From the NCBI GenBank assembly GCA_951406725.2, contig OX597827.1, positions 68,200,001 through 68,264,000 of the forward strand: a stretch of DNA of 64,000 bases, given 5' to 3'. The translations under genes were made by a program, and so were the position numbers. Shown here one piece after another: positions 1 through 11,393 of the stretch. This stretch comes from Octopus vulgaris (taxonomy: Eukaryota). The notes beneath the pieces are model-generated. The model made no database searches and was not told the DNA's origin. It worked only from the letters and a program-made list of their open reading frames with translations. Every line of letters starts with the position of its first letter. The stretch's first letter is position 1.

Positions 1-70
1 GTAGCTGAATTCATGTAACCGGTGTACAAACATCTTTAGTATAAGAACGTATGATTACTCTAAGTGTATG

Positions 71-122
<52 letters not shown>

Positions 123-652
123 TTAAACGCATGAGACTGTGTGTATATGTTTATTTCAAAAATCTTCAGTGTTCTTTTCTTTAATTAGCGCAGAAAGGCC
201 TCAGGCTAGCTGGCAGAAGCGTTAGCGCACCGGTCAAAATGCTTAGAAGCATTTCTTCCGGTTTTACGTTCTGAGTTCAAATTCTGCCGAGGACCGACTT
301 TGTTTTTCATCCTTCCGGGGTCAGTGAAATAAATACCAGTTGAATATTTGGGTCGATATAATCGACAAGCCCCCTTCACCGAAATTTCAGACATTGTGCC
401 TATAGTACAAAGGATTGTTATTTGAAGTACTAAAGCAGCGAGCTGGCGGAATAGTTAGCGCACACAAAGAAATGCTTAGCAGCATTTTGTCCGTCTTAAT
501 GTTCTGAGTTCAAAATCCGCTGAGGCCGACCTAGCTTTTATCCCTTCGGAATCGATTAAATAAGTATCAGTTGAGCAGTGGTGGTCGATGTATCCCCTTC
601 CCACTTAAAATTTCAGACCTAGTAGAAAAACTTTAAGGCGAGAAAAACTTTA

Positions 653-1070
653 GGGCGGCGAGCTGGCAGAATCGTTAGCACGCCGTGCGAAATGCGTAGC
701 CGTTTTTCGTCTGCCGTTACGTTCTGAGTTCAAACTCCGCCGAGGTCGACTTTGCCTTTCATCCTTTCGGGGTCGATAAATTAAGTACCAGTTACGCACT
801 GGGGTCGATATAATCGACTTAATCCGTTTGTCTGTCTTTGTTTGTTTGTTCTCTGTGTTTAGCCCCTTGTGGGTAGTAAAGAAATAGGTATTTCATCTGC
901 CGCTACGTTCTGAGTTCAAATTCCGCCGAGGTCGACTTTGCCTTTCATCCTTTCGGGGTCGATTAAATTAGTACCAGTTACGCACTGAGGTCGATATAAT
1001 CGACTTAATCCATTTGTCTGTCCTTGTTTGTCCCCTCTGTGTGTAGCTCCTTGTGGGTAGTAAAGAAATA
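653..1070 (+). mobile_element. tRNA-headed SINE family A (Deu/Nin-like core), tandem dimer; two degenerate monomers upstream at ~205-628
   Basis: Head ggcggcgagctggcagaatcgttagc, B-box-like gagttcaaattcc, core gtcgactttgcctttcatcctttcggggtcgataaattaagtacc present twice; same sequence recurs many times in the window. Confidence 0.85.
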
Positions 1071-1536
1071 AGAAAAAGTTCAAGGGCAGGAATATATGCT
1101 GCCTAGCAGGTTGACTGATGCGCTTACGATTCTGCAGGAGAAATGGAAATGCTCAAAGGAATTTTGTCTACATGGTGGCCGATGAATGGGTAACTAAATA
1201 GGAAAGCAGATAGGCATGTTTGTAGGTAGGTAGGTAGGTAGGTAGGTAGGTTGGTAGTAGCTAGCAAGCTACTGGATAGCTGCTGCTACCTTGTATCAAT
1301 TATTGCAATCTGCTTTTTGTTGTTGTTACCTTTTAGTGTAAGGACAGGTCAGGAGGTCTTGTCAGGGCAATATTTGCTTCAGCGATAGGAGACAGATCAG
1401 TAGTGACTGGCTCAAGGCAGCAAGTTTTCTTTAGATCAAATTACAGTCAGCGACGAGCGAGAAATTTCACTTCACCTTTAACTATATCTGTACGTTGTTG
1501 TCGTCGTCGTCGTTGTCGTCGTTGTTGTTGTTGTTG

Positions 1537-1568
<32 letters not shown>

Positions 1569-1621
1569 AATCACGCGTTATTCACTTGTCAAAGACACAC
1601 GTTTTCTTTCTCTCCTTCTTC

Positions 1622-1658
<37 letters not shown>

Positions 1659-1848
1659 TATATAATGTGTATATATGTTTGTATATATACGTTATCTTGT
1701 TATTTGTATATATGCTTGTATATACATATATACTCATATGTATATAAAAACATATATGAGTATATATACATGTATGTATGTATACATATATATATATGTA
1801 TGTGTGTGTTTATATATATGTATTTATATACATGTGCATACGTGTGTG

Positions 1849-1907
<59 letters not shown>

Positions 1908-2232
1908 TTATACATATATCTGTGTGGGTGTGAGTGTATGTGTGTAAATAAATGTATGCATAAATGTGTGAGTGTGTATACATTGTATAGTTGAACACAC
2001 ACAGGCACATGAGATGTTTGTGAGAAATGTTTATTTGGAAACTGGGACTTCCCTAGTTTACTTTCTCGAGACTGTGCTGATAAAAGAAATCACTGTAATG
2101 GCGATTATTAGTGATAACATAGTTGAAGCCATCGTTTACCATCGTCACCAACACCACTGATACTACTACTACTACTGGTGGTGGTGCTGGTTTTGTAGTA
2201 ATAATGTTACTAGTACTACCATTGAAACAAGG

Positions 2233-2998
2233 GGCGGCGAGCTGACAGAAACGTTAGCACGCCGGGCGAAATGCATGGCGGTATTTCGCCTGCCGTTAAG
2301 TTCTGAGTTCAAATTCCGCCGAGGTCGACTTTGCCTTTCATCCTTTCAGGGTAGATTAAATAAGTACCAATTATGCACTGGGGACGATATAATCGACTTA
2401 ATCCGTTTGTCTGTCCTTGTTTGTCCCCTCTGTGTTTAGCCCCTTGTGGGTAGTAAAGAAATAGATATTTCGTCTGCCGTTACGTTGTGAGTTCAAATTC
2501 CGCCGAGGTCGACTTTGCCTTTCATCCTTTCGGGGTCGATTAAATAAGTACCAGTTACGCACTGGGGTCGATATAATCGACTTAATCCAGTTGTCTGTCC
2601 TTGTTTTTTCCTCTCTGTGCTTAGCCCCTTCTGGGTAGTAAAGAAATAGATATTTCCTCCGTCTTTATGTTTTGAGTTCAAATTCCGCCGTGGTCGACTT
2701 TGCCTTTCATCTTTTCGTGATCAATAAATTAAGTACCAGTTGCGTAGTGATGTCTATCTAATCGACTGGCTTCCCACCCCAACAATTTCGCGCCTTGTGC
2801 CTAGAGTAAAAATGAAGCGTTAGCACACCGGGCGAAACGTTTTAAGTTCAAATTCCGCCGAGATCGACCTTGCCTTACATACTTTCGGGGCCGATAAATT
2901 AAGTACCAGTGGTACACAAGGGGGGTGGGTGCAATGTCATCGACTAGTCCCCTCCTCCCAACTTTCAGGCCTTGTCCCTATAACAAAGGATTATTACT
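2233..2998 (+). mobile_element. SINE family A multimer (3-4 units)
   Basis: Core repeated at ~2325, ~2507, ~2693 and ~2863; later units carry the alternative tail ccttgtgcctagagta. Confidence 0.85.
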
Positions 2999-3255
2999 AT
3001 ATCGACTGGGGAAGAAAATCTGATACATCTCGGTGGAGCGATCAACAAACTGCGAAACGGTCAGTCAGAAGACTCAGCACATCTTTTTCAGTACATCGAA
3101 AGTATAGAATGGATGTGTTTGCATTCATATAAAGAATCTCGGTTTCTTATATTTAAATTTATTTGAGTCCTTCTGATTCCTGCTGTGCTCACAATATATG
3201 TAAGTGTGTGTAAGTAAATTTCGGAAACAACACAGGCGTGCCTGCGCCTATGTAA

Positions 3256-3287
<32 letters not shown>

Positions 3288-3312
3288 GTGCGTGTGTGTG
3301 CGTGCCTACACA

Positions 3313-3702
3313 CATTCTTTTCCACTCTTGGCACAAGGCCCGAATTTTTTTTTGAGGGGGAGGGAGGCCAGTCGATTAGAACGACCCCAGTATGCAACTG
3401 GTACTTTATTTATCGACCCTGAAAGGATAAAACGCAAAGTGGACCTCGGCGGAATTTGAACTCAGAACGTAAAGACAGACGAAATGCCTATTTCTTTAAT
3501 ACCCACAAGGGGCTAAACACAGAGGAGACAAACAAGGACAGATTATATCGACCCCAGTGCGTAACTGGTACTTATTTAATCGACCCCGGAAGGATGAAAG
3601 GCAAAGTCGACATCAGCGGAATTTGAACTCGGAACGTAGCGGCAGACGAAATACCGCTAAGCATTTTGCCCGGCGTGCTGACGATCCTGCCAGCTCGCCG
3701 CC
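3313..3702 (-). mobile_element. SINE family A dimer, antisense
   Basis: Reverse complement of core (gatgaaaggcaaagtcgac) twice; ends gccagctcgccgcc about 145 bp upstream of the MMP exon acceptor. Confidence 0.85.
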
Positions 3703-3846
3703 TTTACACACACACATATTATATTACGAGTTCTTTGTATCATGTTGAGAAACATTATTTATTTAATCTGTGATATTTATCTATTTTCGTCGCAATAATG
3801 TACATTTCCTTCGTCGTTATTTAAATAGCATTTGTTTTATTTGCAG

Positions 3847-4809
3847 GCATATATGATGCGGTACGGATATCTAAAATGCAAGCAACATAAACATTCTCCG
3901 TACCGTTCACGCTCAAACAGACAGCATGGTCGGCCAGGCAGTGTACAGCATCAACAGATATTATATAATTGTGATAAAACCAAGGTTATGTGGGCAATCA
4001 CCCAGTACCAGAAAAGTTATCACTTGTCCGTGACAGGTAAGTTGAACCAGGAGACCAAGGAACTGATGTCTGCTTCTCGTTGTGGTAATAAAGACAAAGA
4101 TGATGGCGTGTACAGGGATGAACACATAAATTCAAAAAGGAAGCACATTCGTCGTCCGGAGCCGAGACATGGCCGAGGAAACAGGGTCAATCGACGACCA
4201 GATAACAAACGACACAGTAGAAAAAATAACTCGCTAAGAAAACGCTCGAAGCGGGAAGCATTTCACAGACCCCGTTCAAAAATCAAAACGACCACCACCA
4301 CGGGGGAAAAGTTTTTAGCGAGAGACAAACGATCTGTCTCGTCAAATTTATCCCCATTGCTTTCTTCTAATTTACCTTTGACTTCCAAGCTGGCTTCTCT
4401 CTTGGTGGCGACTTTCTCTAAATTTCGAGCCACTAGAGGTCGCTGGAAACGGAATACGGCAAATGGTTATTCGATCGTATCCCTGACTGAATACAATAAC
4501 AATACGGTATCAAATAATACCAAAGCGATCGCTAATGACACGTTATTAGCCCGTGAGATATTATTAAATGATGTTATTGCTGAATCAGATACACCATCGT
4601 CTAAAACCACAGCGGCGAAAGAAACAGTATCAGAGGGTGGAGTACGGACTAGTAAAACTGCAGGACACCACACGGCAAAAGTCTTAGCGCCGTCAAGGTT
4701 AAACACAATTAGCTCAGAAAACACATTATCGCAATCATCACAAACACCCAAACCAATTTCTAACACATCCTCCACTCATACTTCTAATGTAACAACCACA
4801 ACAACTATA

Positions 4810-4840
<31 letters not shown>

Positions 4841-5769
4841 CACGTAAATTTGTACAGTTTCAAAACTCACAAACAAAACAGAAATTAAAAACAACACCAA
4901 CAACAACAACAACAAAATCAATATCAACAAGTAGCAATACATGGCTGGAATATTCTGATGACCATGTACGGACGTTGAGTGACGAGCAGCCATGGAACGA
5001 GTCTTGGCTGGAGGAAGCGGTTTCGAATGGTGAAGTTGAACGCAAAGGCAGTGAAGGTAGACAAGAGCAGCGGCCATATTTTCACTCGTTCGCTTCTCAA
5101 ACATTGTCGTCGTCGTCGTCGTCATCGTCATCGTCATCATCATCATCATCATCATCGTCATCTTCATCGTCATCATCGCCATCATCATCGTCGTCTACAG
5201 CGTATGTATCTTCGTCGTCGTGGTCATCCCTTTCACCAACTTTTACGGCAGTGTCTTCTTCTTCTTCTTCTTCTTCTTCTTCTTCTTCTTCTTCTTCTTC
5301 TTCTTCTTCTTCTCCATCGTCATCTGGATTTCGGACGAACCCGGACGACAGCAGTGGTCCTGCTGTCCACGGTTCCACCGATGGTGACCAAATTAGCAAG
5401 CGTAGTGTGATCAACTTCAATAGTGCCACACACATTGTAAATAATAATAATAATAATAACAACAACAACAACAGCAGCAGCACACACACCAACCACCATC
5501 AAAACAAAAACATAAATCATAGCAATACCAGTAATAACTACAACAACGATACAACCACCATTGCTACAATTCTTACTACAGCCGCTACTAATGCTACTAC
5601 TTTTAAAGAAGAATTTCAGTTGGATAGTAGGAGCAGCAGTAGTAATAGTAGTAGTAGTAGTAGTAGTAAGTCTAATACAGATGAGATTTTCGAACACGTT
5701 TGTAATGGTAAGGAGAGATGTAATAGTAACCCAAGCACTAGCAACAACAATTGTAACTGTAACCTTAGC

Positions 5770-5807
<38 letters not shown>

Positions 5808-6762
5808 CGAGAGAGTTAGAGCAAGTAATAGCAGTAACTTATGTAAGTGCACCGCTATTAACGACGCCAAAGTAAACAACAGCAACACTGTAAGTAGTAG
5901 TAGTAGTAGTAGTAGTAGCAGTAGCAGCAGCAGTATTAAGGGTAATAGAGCTATTGCAAACGGGCTGGACTTCGAAACAGGTGTTTATACGACAAAAACG
6001 GTTCGAACGAGACCGTTGCGAAGAGGTACGCTGACTAGAAGCTACAGTCAAAGACAGAAGGAAAGTACCAGCCCGATTGTTGTAGGTGGTAGTAGAAGTA
6101 GTGGTGGTGGTGGTGGTAGTAGTAAGAGGAACAGTAGGGATAGCAATAGCAATTACTCTGATAAGTCAATAACCAATAATAATAATAATAATAGTAATAA
6201 TAATAATAATAATAATAATGCTAATTATAACGAGAAAGATCATGTCAAGGGCGAGACAGAGCTGACATCGAACCCTAAACAAGAACCCGTAGGGTCGAGA
6301 TTAGGCTCTTCCTTGCCGCCATTGCATTCATCATCATCGACATCATCATCATCATCATCTTCATCCTCAGAATCATCATCGTCATATATAAGAACTTTTG
6401 CTCCATCATCATCATCATCATCATCAATTGATACGTCATCATCATCATCGTCATCGTCACCAATCACACCGCCACATTCATCTTCAACACGTGAAAAACT
6501 GGCTTTCACATCGGTGCCTCCTCACCTCACATCCGACACAGCTCTTTCGACGACGGCCACTGTGGCCACAGGTAAAGAAACGACTCAGTCAGAATCGACG
6601 ACGACGACGAAGACAACGACGGCAACAACCATAACGACAGACGACGAAGACAGAAGACCCGCAATCGCTACATTAGCGACACCAGTTTTGGGTACAAACG
6701 ACCAAGACGTAAATGACGTCATACACTCAGACAGTGACATTAACAATAATAATTATAATTAT

Positions 6763-6793
<31 letters not shown>

Positions 6794-7561
6794 ATAATAA
6801 TAATAATGATAATAATAATAATAATAACCGAAACTTAAGGTCTTCTGTACCTTTACGTTACACCGAAACCGTTCCAGCTGGGATAATAAAGTTGGGAGCC
6901 ATTTCAAAACTTGAAGAATTAACCTCATATTATACTAACCAAAATGACATCAACTATTTAAAAGATGGCGAATATAATGTAATTCACCTAAAGAAACTCT
7001 TTATCAAATTGCTCAGTCAATCAGAAACGGCGACACACTCGTCGCCGAAGTTGCCAACAGTGACTTATTCACCGTTCTCTTTCACGATAAAACCAAATAT
7101 CATCCAGTGGACAGAGCGTCCGCAACCCCCGCAAACGTCGGCGCCTCATTCCAGGTGGTGGAACCAACCGCATACGATTTCCTATCTGCTGTCGGTCATC
7201 AGATTCGGACTTCGCCCGAAAGAGCTGCAGCATCGTACGCGGCAAAATTATCTGCGGGAGACGGCGCGCCGTTTCAAAGAGACAGATCCTCTTACGTACA
7301 ACGACTCGCCGCCGGTGCATCAACGCAAACGCCGCTCGCCCGTAGTGAACAAGGCGAACGGCTGGGGACAAATGTTTAAAAAGAAATTGATACGCTGGCG
7401 TTTGTTAGATTCGGGATACAGCAACCGCATCCCCGTGGAAGAGCAGAGAGCTACTCTTACACTCGCCTTCCGGATGTGGAACGAAGTGATTCCCTTAAAC
7501 TTTGTGGAGGATATTACCAGTCACGTGAAGGATGTCGATATACATATTGCATTTGGTCAAG
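3847..7561 (+). CDS. MMP21: Giant internal coding exon of an MMP21-like matrix metalloproteinase: peptidoglycan-binding-like prodomain, cysteine switch, ~1,076-aa low-complexity insert, furin site and start of the M10 catalytic domain
   Basis: Open frame 3832-7575. Acceptor tttgttttatttgcag|GCA at 3846/3847 (phase 0); donor CAAG|gtaagt at 7561/7562 (phase 1). N-terminal YMMRYGYL...AITQYQKSYHLSVTGKLNQETKELMSASRCGNKD fits an MMP propeptide with cysteine switch. C-terminal RKRR...KKLIRWRLLDSGYSNRIPVEEQRATLTLAFRMWNEVIPLNFVEDITSHVKDVDIHIAFGQG matches the MMP21-type catalytic N-terminus as I recall it (WRLL..LAFRMWSEV.PL.F.ED..DI..FG.G). The MMP call is firm; MMP21 orthology is by recognition only. 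Signal-peptide, HExxH and hemopexin exons are not seen. Confidence 0.88.
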
Positions 7562-7638
7562 GTAAGTTCCTTTAATATTAATTACTAAGAAATTTCCTCC
7601 GTTCATCTTCATTATATATTACCTTATTTTCTTGTCTT

Positions 7639-8380
7639 GTGGAGGCGCAATGGCCCAGTGGTTAGGGCAGCGGACTCGCGGTCGTAGGATCGTGGTTTCG
7701 ATTCCCAAACCGGGCGTTGTGAGTGTTTATTGAGCGAAAACACCTAAAAGCTCCACGAGGCTCCGGCAGGGATTAGTTAGTTAGTTAGTTAATTTGGCTC
7801 AAAAGCAAATAGCAAGGCCATGTAGGGGGACATGGAGTTAAGTACAGGGTGGTGTTCATGTAAAGAGTTCAGGCCACTTGAGGTCCAGGGAGGCTTTGAA
7901 CAAAGCGGTCGTCGGCATCTTCACCATCTCGTCTGGCAGCTTGTTCCACGGATCCGCAACCCGGACAGAGAAAGCTCCTCTCCTTCGATTGAGATGAAAT
8001 CGTCGCAGGTAGAGCTTTTCGGAATGACCCCGCAGCCGACGCTCCGGAGCAGGAGTGAAGAACAGCTCTTTCCAGAGGTTACACTTCCCGCTTATGATGT
8101 TGTGGGCGAGAATGAGATCACCATGGTGGTGATCACTGCTGTACTCTTTCACCACAACTTTCTCTCACTCTTACTTCCTGTTTCTGTTGTACCTGTATTT
8201 CAAAGGGCCGGCCTTGTCACTCTCTGTGTCACGCTGAATATCCCCGAGAACTACGTTAAGGGTACACGTGTCTGTGGAGTGCTCAGCCACTTACACGTTA
8301 ATTTCACGAGCAGGCTGTTCCGTTGATCGGATCAACCGGAACCCTCGTCGTCGTAACCGACGGAGTGCTTCCATTCATCC
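7639..8380 (+). mobile_element. tRNA-derived SINE family B, interrupted by a LINE fragment
   Basis: Head gtggaggcgcaatggcccagtggttagggcagcggactcgcg with A/B boxes; 13-bp TSD attttcttgtctt at 7626-7638 and 8381-8393; uninterrupted copies at 56582 and 62610. Confidence 0.9.
7774..8122 (-). mobile_element. 5'-truncated CR1-type LINE 3' end (ORF2 C-terminus, 3'UTR, (AACT)n tail)
   Basis: Minus-strand peptide GDLILAHNIISG...RLRGHSEKL...RRGAFSVRVADPWNKLPDEMV...FKASLD is the typical CR1-clade ORF2 C-terminus; ttagttagttagtt tail; absent from the other family B copies. Confidence 0.85.
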
Positions 8381-8497
8381 ATTTTCTTGTCTTAATACGA
8401 CTTTTCGGTACATTTACAAATGGGGCTCCAAATTATAATTAGAACGACGAATCAATTTTATTCATACGGGAATTAATTCAATATTTTTATGCAAAGC

Positions 8498-8923
8498 GGA
8501 TCTTTTCGGTTTGAACTGCAGTTTTTTCTAGCGGTGTCATATGAAATTGTCACCCATAATTATGACCCTAGTATCGATCTATTGCATTTCAACCTATTTT
8601 AGGGTTAGGATTAGAGTTAGGGTTAGGGGGAAGGGTATCTTTTTTTTCTTCACAAATGTAAATAAACCCAATCTGTTTCTTAAACGAGGGACATATTCAT
8701 ACGGCACAGTGTTTTTTACTCCAATAGACGTAATTGATTGGTTGAAATTGCAAAAATTGAAGAAAAAAACAAAACAACAAATATCTTACAAACTATAGAA
8801 TTTTCTCAATAAAGCCAAGAGAAAATGATGTTTTATAAACACATTCTACCAGTATACGAAGTTTAAAATTTTTTAGTTGCCTAGAAATTATGTTAAAAAC
8901 TGCCGTCCAAACCGAAAAGATCC
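8498..8923. mobile_element. MITE with ~29-bp TIRs and 8-bp TSD (Merlin-like GG...CC termini)
   Basis: Left ggatcttttcggtttgaactgcagttttt; reverse complement of right end ggatcttttcggtttggacggcagttttt; TSD tgcaaagc at 8490-8497 and 8924-8931. Confidence 0.85.
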
Positions 8924-9679
8924 TGCAAAGCTGAATAGCATAATATCCGGGATAGCGTGAGCAAATTAACCACATGGTTATTACAATTTCCATTCTCACT
9001 CACAGCAGTTCTTTAATATACTATATGACCATAATAAGTTTTAAACCTTTTTGAAAATAATTATCGAAAAAAATAATAATTATCCCAAAAAAAAAAAAAA
9101 AAACTCCAACGGTCTGAATGAAGCTCTTCACAAAAGACAGGAGTTTTTATCAAATCTCAATATCAATCTATATCAGAAACCTTCACGACTGGGGTTTTTT
9201 ATCTATGTCCTTATATTTGGCTTGTTTTTTTTTTGGGGGTTTTTTTTTTTTTGTTTTTCTTACTCTTTTTTTTTTTGCTTTTATTACATGCATTATTAAA
9301 GCCCCTACTCGTATTTCATGCGGGAAATGTTATTTACAAATATTACTGACAGTCACCGGGTTTTTGAGGTTTTTTTTTGTTTGTTGTTGTTGCTGTTGTT
9401 TGGTGGGTTTTTTTTTGTGTGTGTGTGTTTTTTTTTTTCTTCTTTAATAATAGCTACACTTTGAAATGTCAAAGAGAAATATGAAGTTTGCTTGTTAAAC
9501 TGACACAGCATATACACACCCATTCATCCAATCATCCATTTCGTCAACACATGTAGTTTTCATAGACATAACATACATTCGCACACAAGTGCGTAGTAAC
9601 CTTAGAAATGATAGTGAGTCAGCGATGGAATATCGGATCTAGTTGCTTTGTGTCGTGTTTGACTCGTATGTGCGTGTGT

Positions 9680-10129
9680 GTATGTATGCACATATGTACG
9701 TATGTATGTATGTATGTATGTATGTATGTATGTATGTATGTATGTATGTTTGTATGTATGTATGTATGTTTGTATGTGTATATATATGTATGTTTGTATT
9801 TATTTATGTATGTATGTATATATATGTATGTATGTATTTATGTGTGTATGTATGTGTGTATATACATATGTATGTATGTATGTATGTGTGTATATACATA
9901 TGTATGTATGTATGTGTGTATATACATATGTATGTATGTATGTGTGTATATACATATGTATGTATGTATGTGTGTATATACATATGTATGTATGTATGTG
10001 TGTATATACATATGTATGTATGTATGTATGTGTGTATATACATATGTATGTATATATGTGTGTATATACATATGTATATGTATATATGTGTGTATATACA
10101 TATGTATATATATATATGTGTGTATATAC

Positions 10130-10171
<42 letters not shown>
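9680..10171. repeat. (TATG)n/(TA)n compound micro/minisatellite
   Basis: Units gtgtatatacatatgtatgtatgtat seen directly. Confidence 0.95.
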
Positions 10172-10174
<3 letters not shown>

Positions 10175-11393
10175 TCGTCTATGAGAATTGGTAAACTGAA
10201 ACAGCGATGGGTGAAAAACTCTCTAATTACTAAAAAAAAAAACAAACAAAAAAAAAGCCCACGCTTTTGAACTGAGACTAGCTTTTGGTGAAATATTCAG
10301 CGATGAAAGAATGATGAGTATTCCATAATTTCATACTAGAGCCATTCTAACAACTATCTGGTGAACCTTGCAAAAATCCGAATCAATAAATTAATGAATT
10401 TGTATCATTAAGCATTAGAGAGGCTGGGGGTGGGTCGTAGAAATGATAGAAGTGGTGGTGGGGGTTGGACTAAATGTCATGCAACATTTAGTTGCATATG
10501 TCTTTACGTTATGGCTTCAAATCTCACAATGGTTGACTTTGACTTTCAACCAATGAAGGGCTCAGAAACTAATTACCAGTTACGTTTTAAGATTGATTGA
10601 ATCGACTGTCTCTTGTGTACAAATATGAGAGCTCGGGTCGAGATACATAGTACTACTGTTGAACACAGGTTAGAATAATCAGGTTCTGTACATATTGTGT
10701 GTAAAGCGTCATCCATCTTCATGTCCTATGGAACCGAAAAGCCCCAAACTTCGCCACAGTATTATTTGGGTAGATAAAATGAGAACTCTTGGTTACCTGT
10801 AATACCTCTTGCTAGTTTCACAAGAATTTTATAAAAATTGAGCTCAATGCATCAATCAATTTCATCGCGCTCTTTGCTTGTCAAGAAGTACCAATGAATA
10901 GCCTAAGATCGACTGAGCCATTGGCAACATGGCGTCTAAAACTGAAACTCGAAACTTTGTTTCTAATTAACAAATATCAATCATTCATCTTCACTCTCTC
11001 TCTCATCAATCATTCATCTATCGTTATGTTGATCTGAGTTTCAAAATAAATGAGGTTAGCGACATATCCACAAGCGTTTGATATTACTATTCACATCATC
11101 TGTATTTGTTTCTTGATCACAGAAACAAACTCAAACTTCTGGGATTGTTTTACTTTTCTTTCTGAAGGACTGTATGGAAATGTTTCTGCGATCTGATGAT
11201 GCCTTTTTTTTGGCAAAATAGACAGTTAACTGTCCACTCGTATTTCGTGACTTCTTATTCACTACAGGAGATGAAATATCTGTGAGCAAAACACAATTCG
11301 GTTTTGCTTCTGCTCATAGACTTTTCAGAAATTGTTTCGCTTTAAAAAGCACTCGCATTTAGTTAACGTTGTACAAACATTCAGTTACCGTTA

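Noticed and set aside
1403-2008. ORFs rich in YI/CV/HT, here and at 9608-10270, 19917-20856, 23708-24139, 31989-32715 and 49753-51113
   Set aside because: Translations of stop-free dinucleotide microsatellites with no protein signal.
3832-3846. TTG start of the 1247-aa ORF
   Set aside because: It lies in the polypyrimidine tract and acceptor; there is no signal peptide, so the true start is in an upstream exon not identified here.
4467-6634. Antisense and alternative-frame ORFs with poly-D/E, poly-L and poly-H
   Set aside because: Shadows of the trinucleotide runs in the MMP exon.
7639-7715. tRNA genes at SINE heads (also 35685, 56582, 62610)
   Set aside because: They continue into SINE bodies bounded by TSDs and lack a proper acceptor stem.
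7832-8326. 164-aa ORF and similar ORFs at 56715 and 62743
   Set aside because: Antisense LINE plus SINE family B sequence; the similarity comes from the repeat.
8599-8628. Telomere or chromosome-fusion relic
   Set aside because: Only five degenerate units, internal to a TIR element with a TSD.
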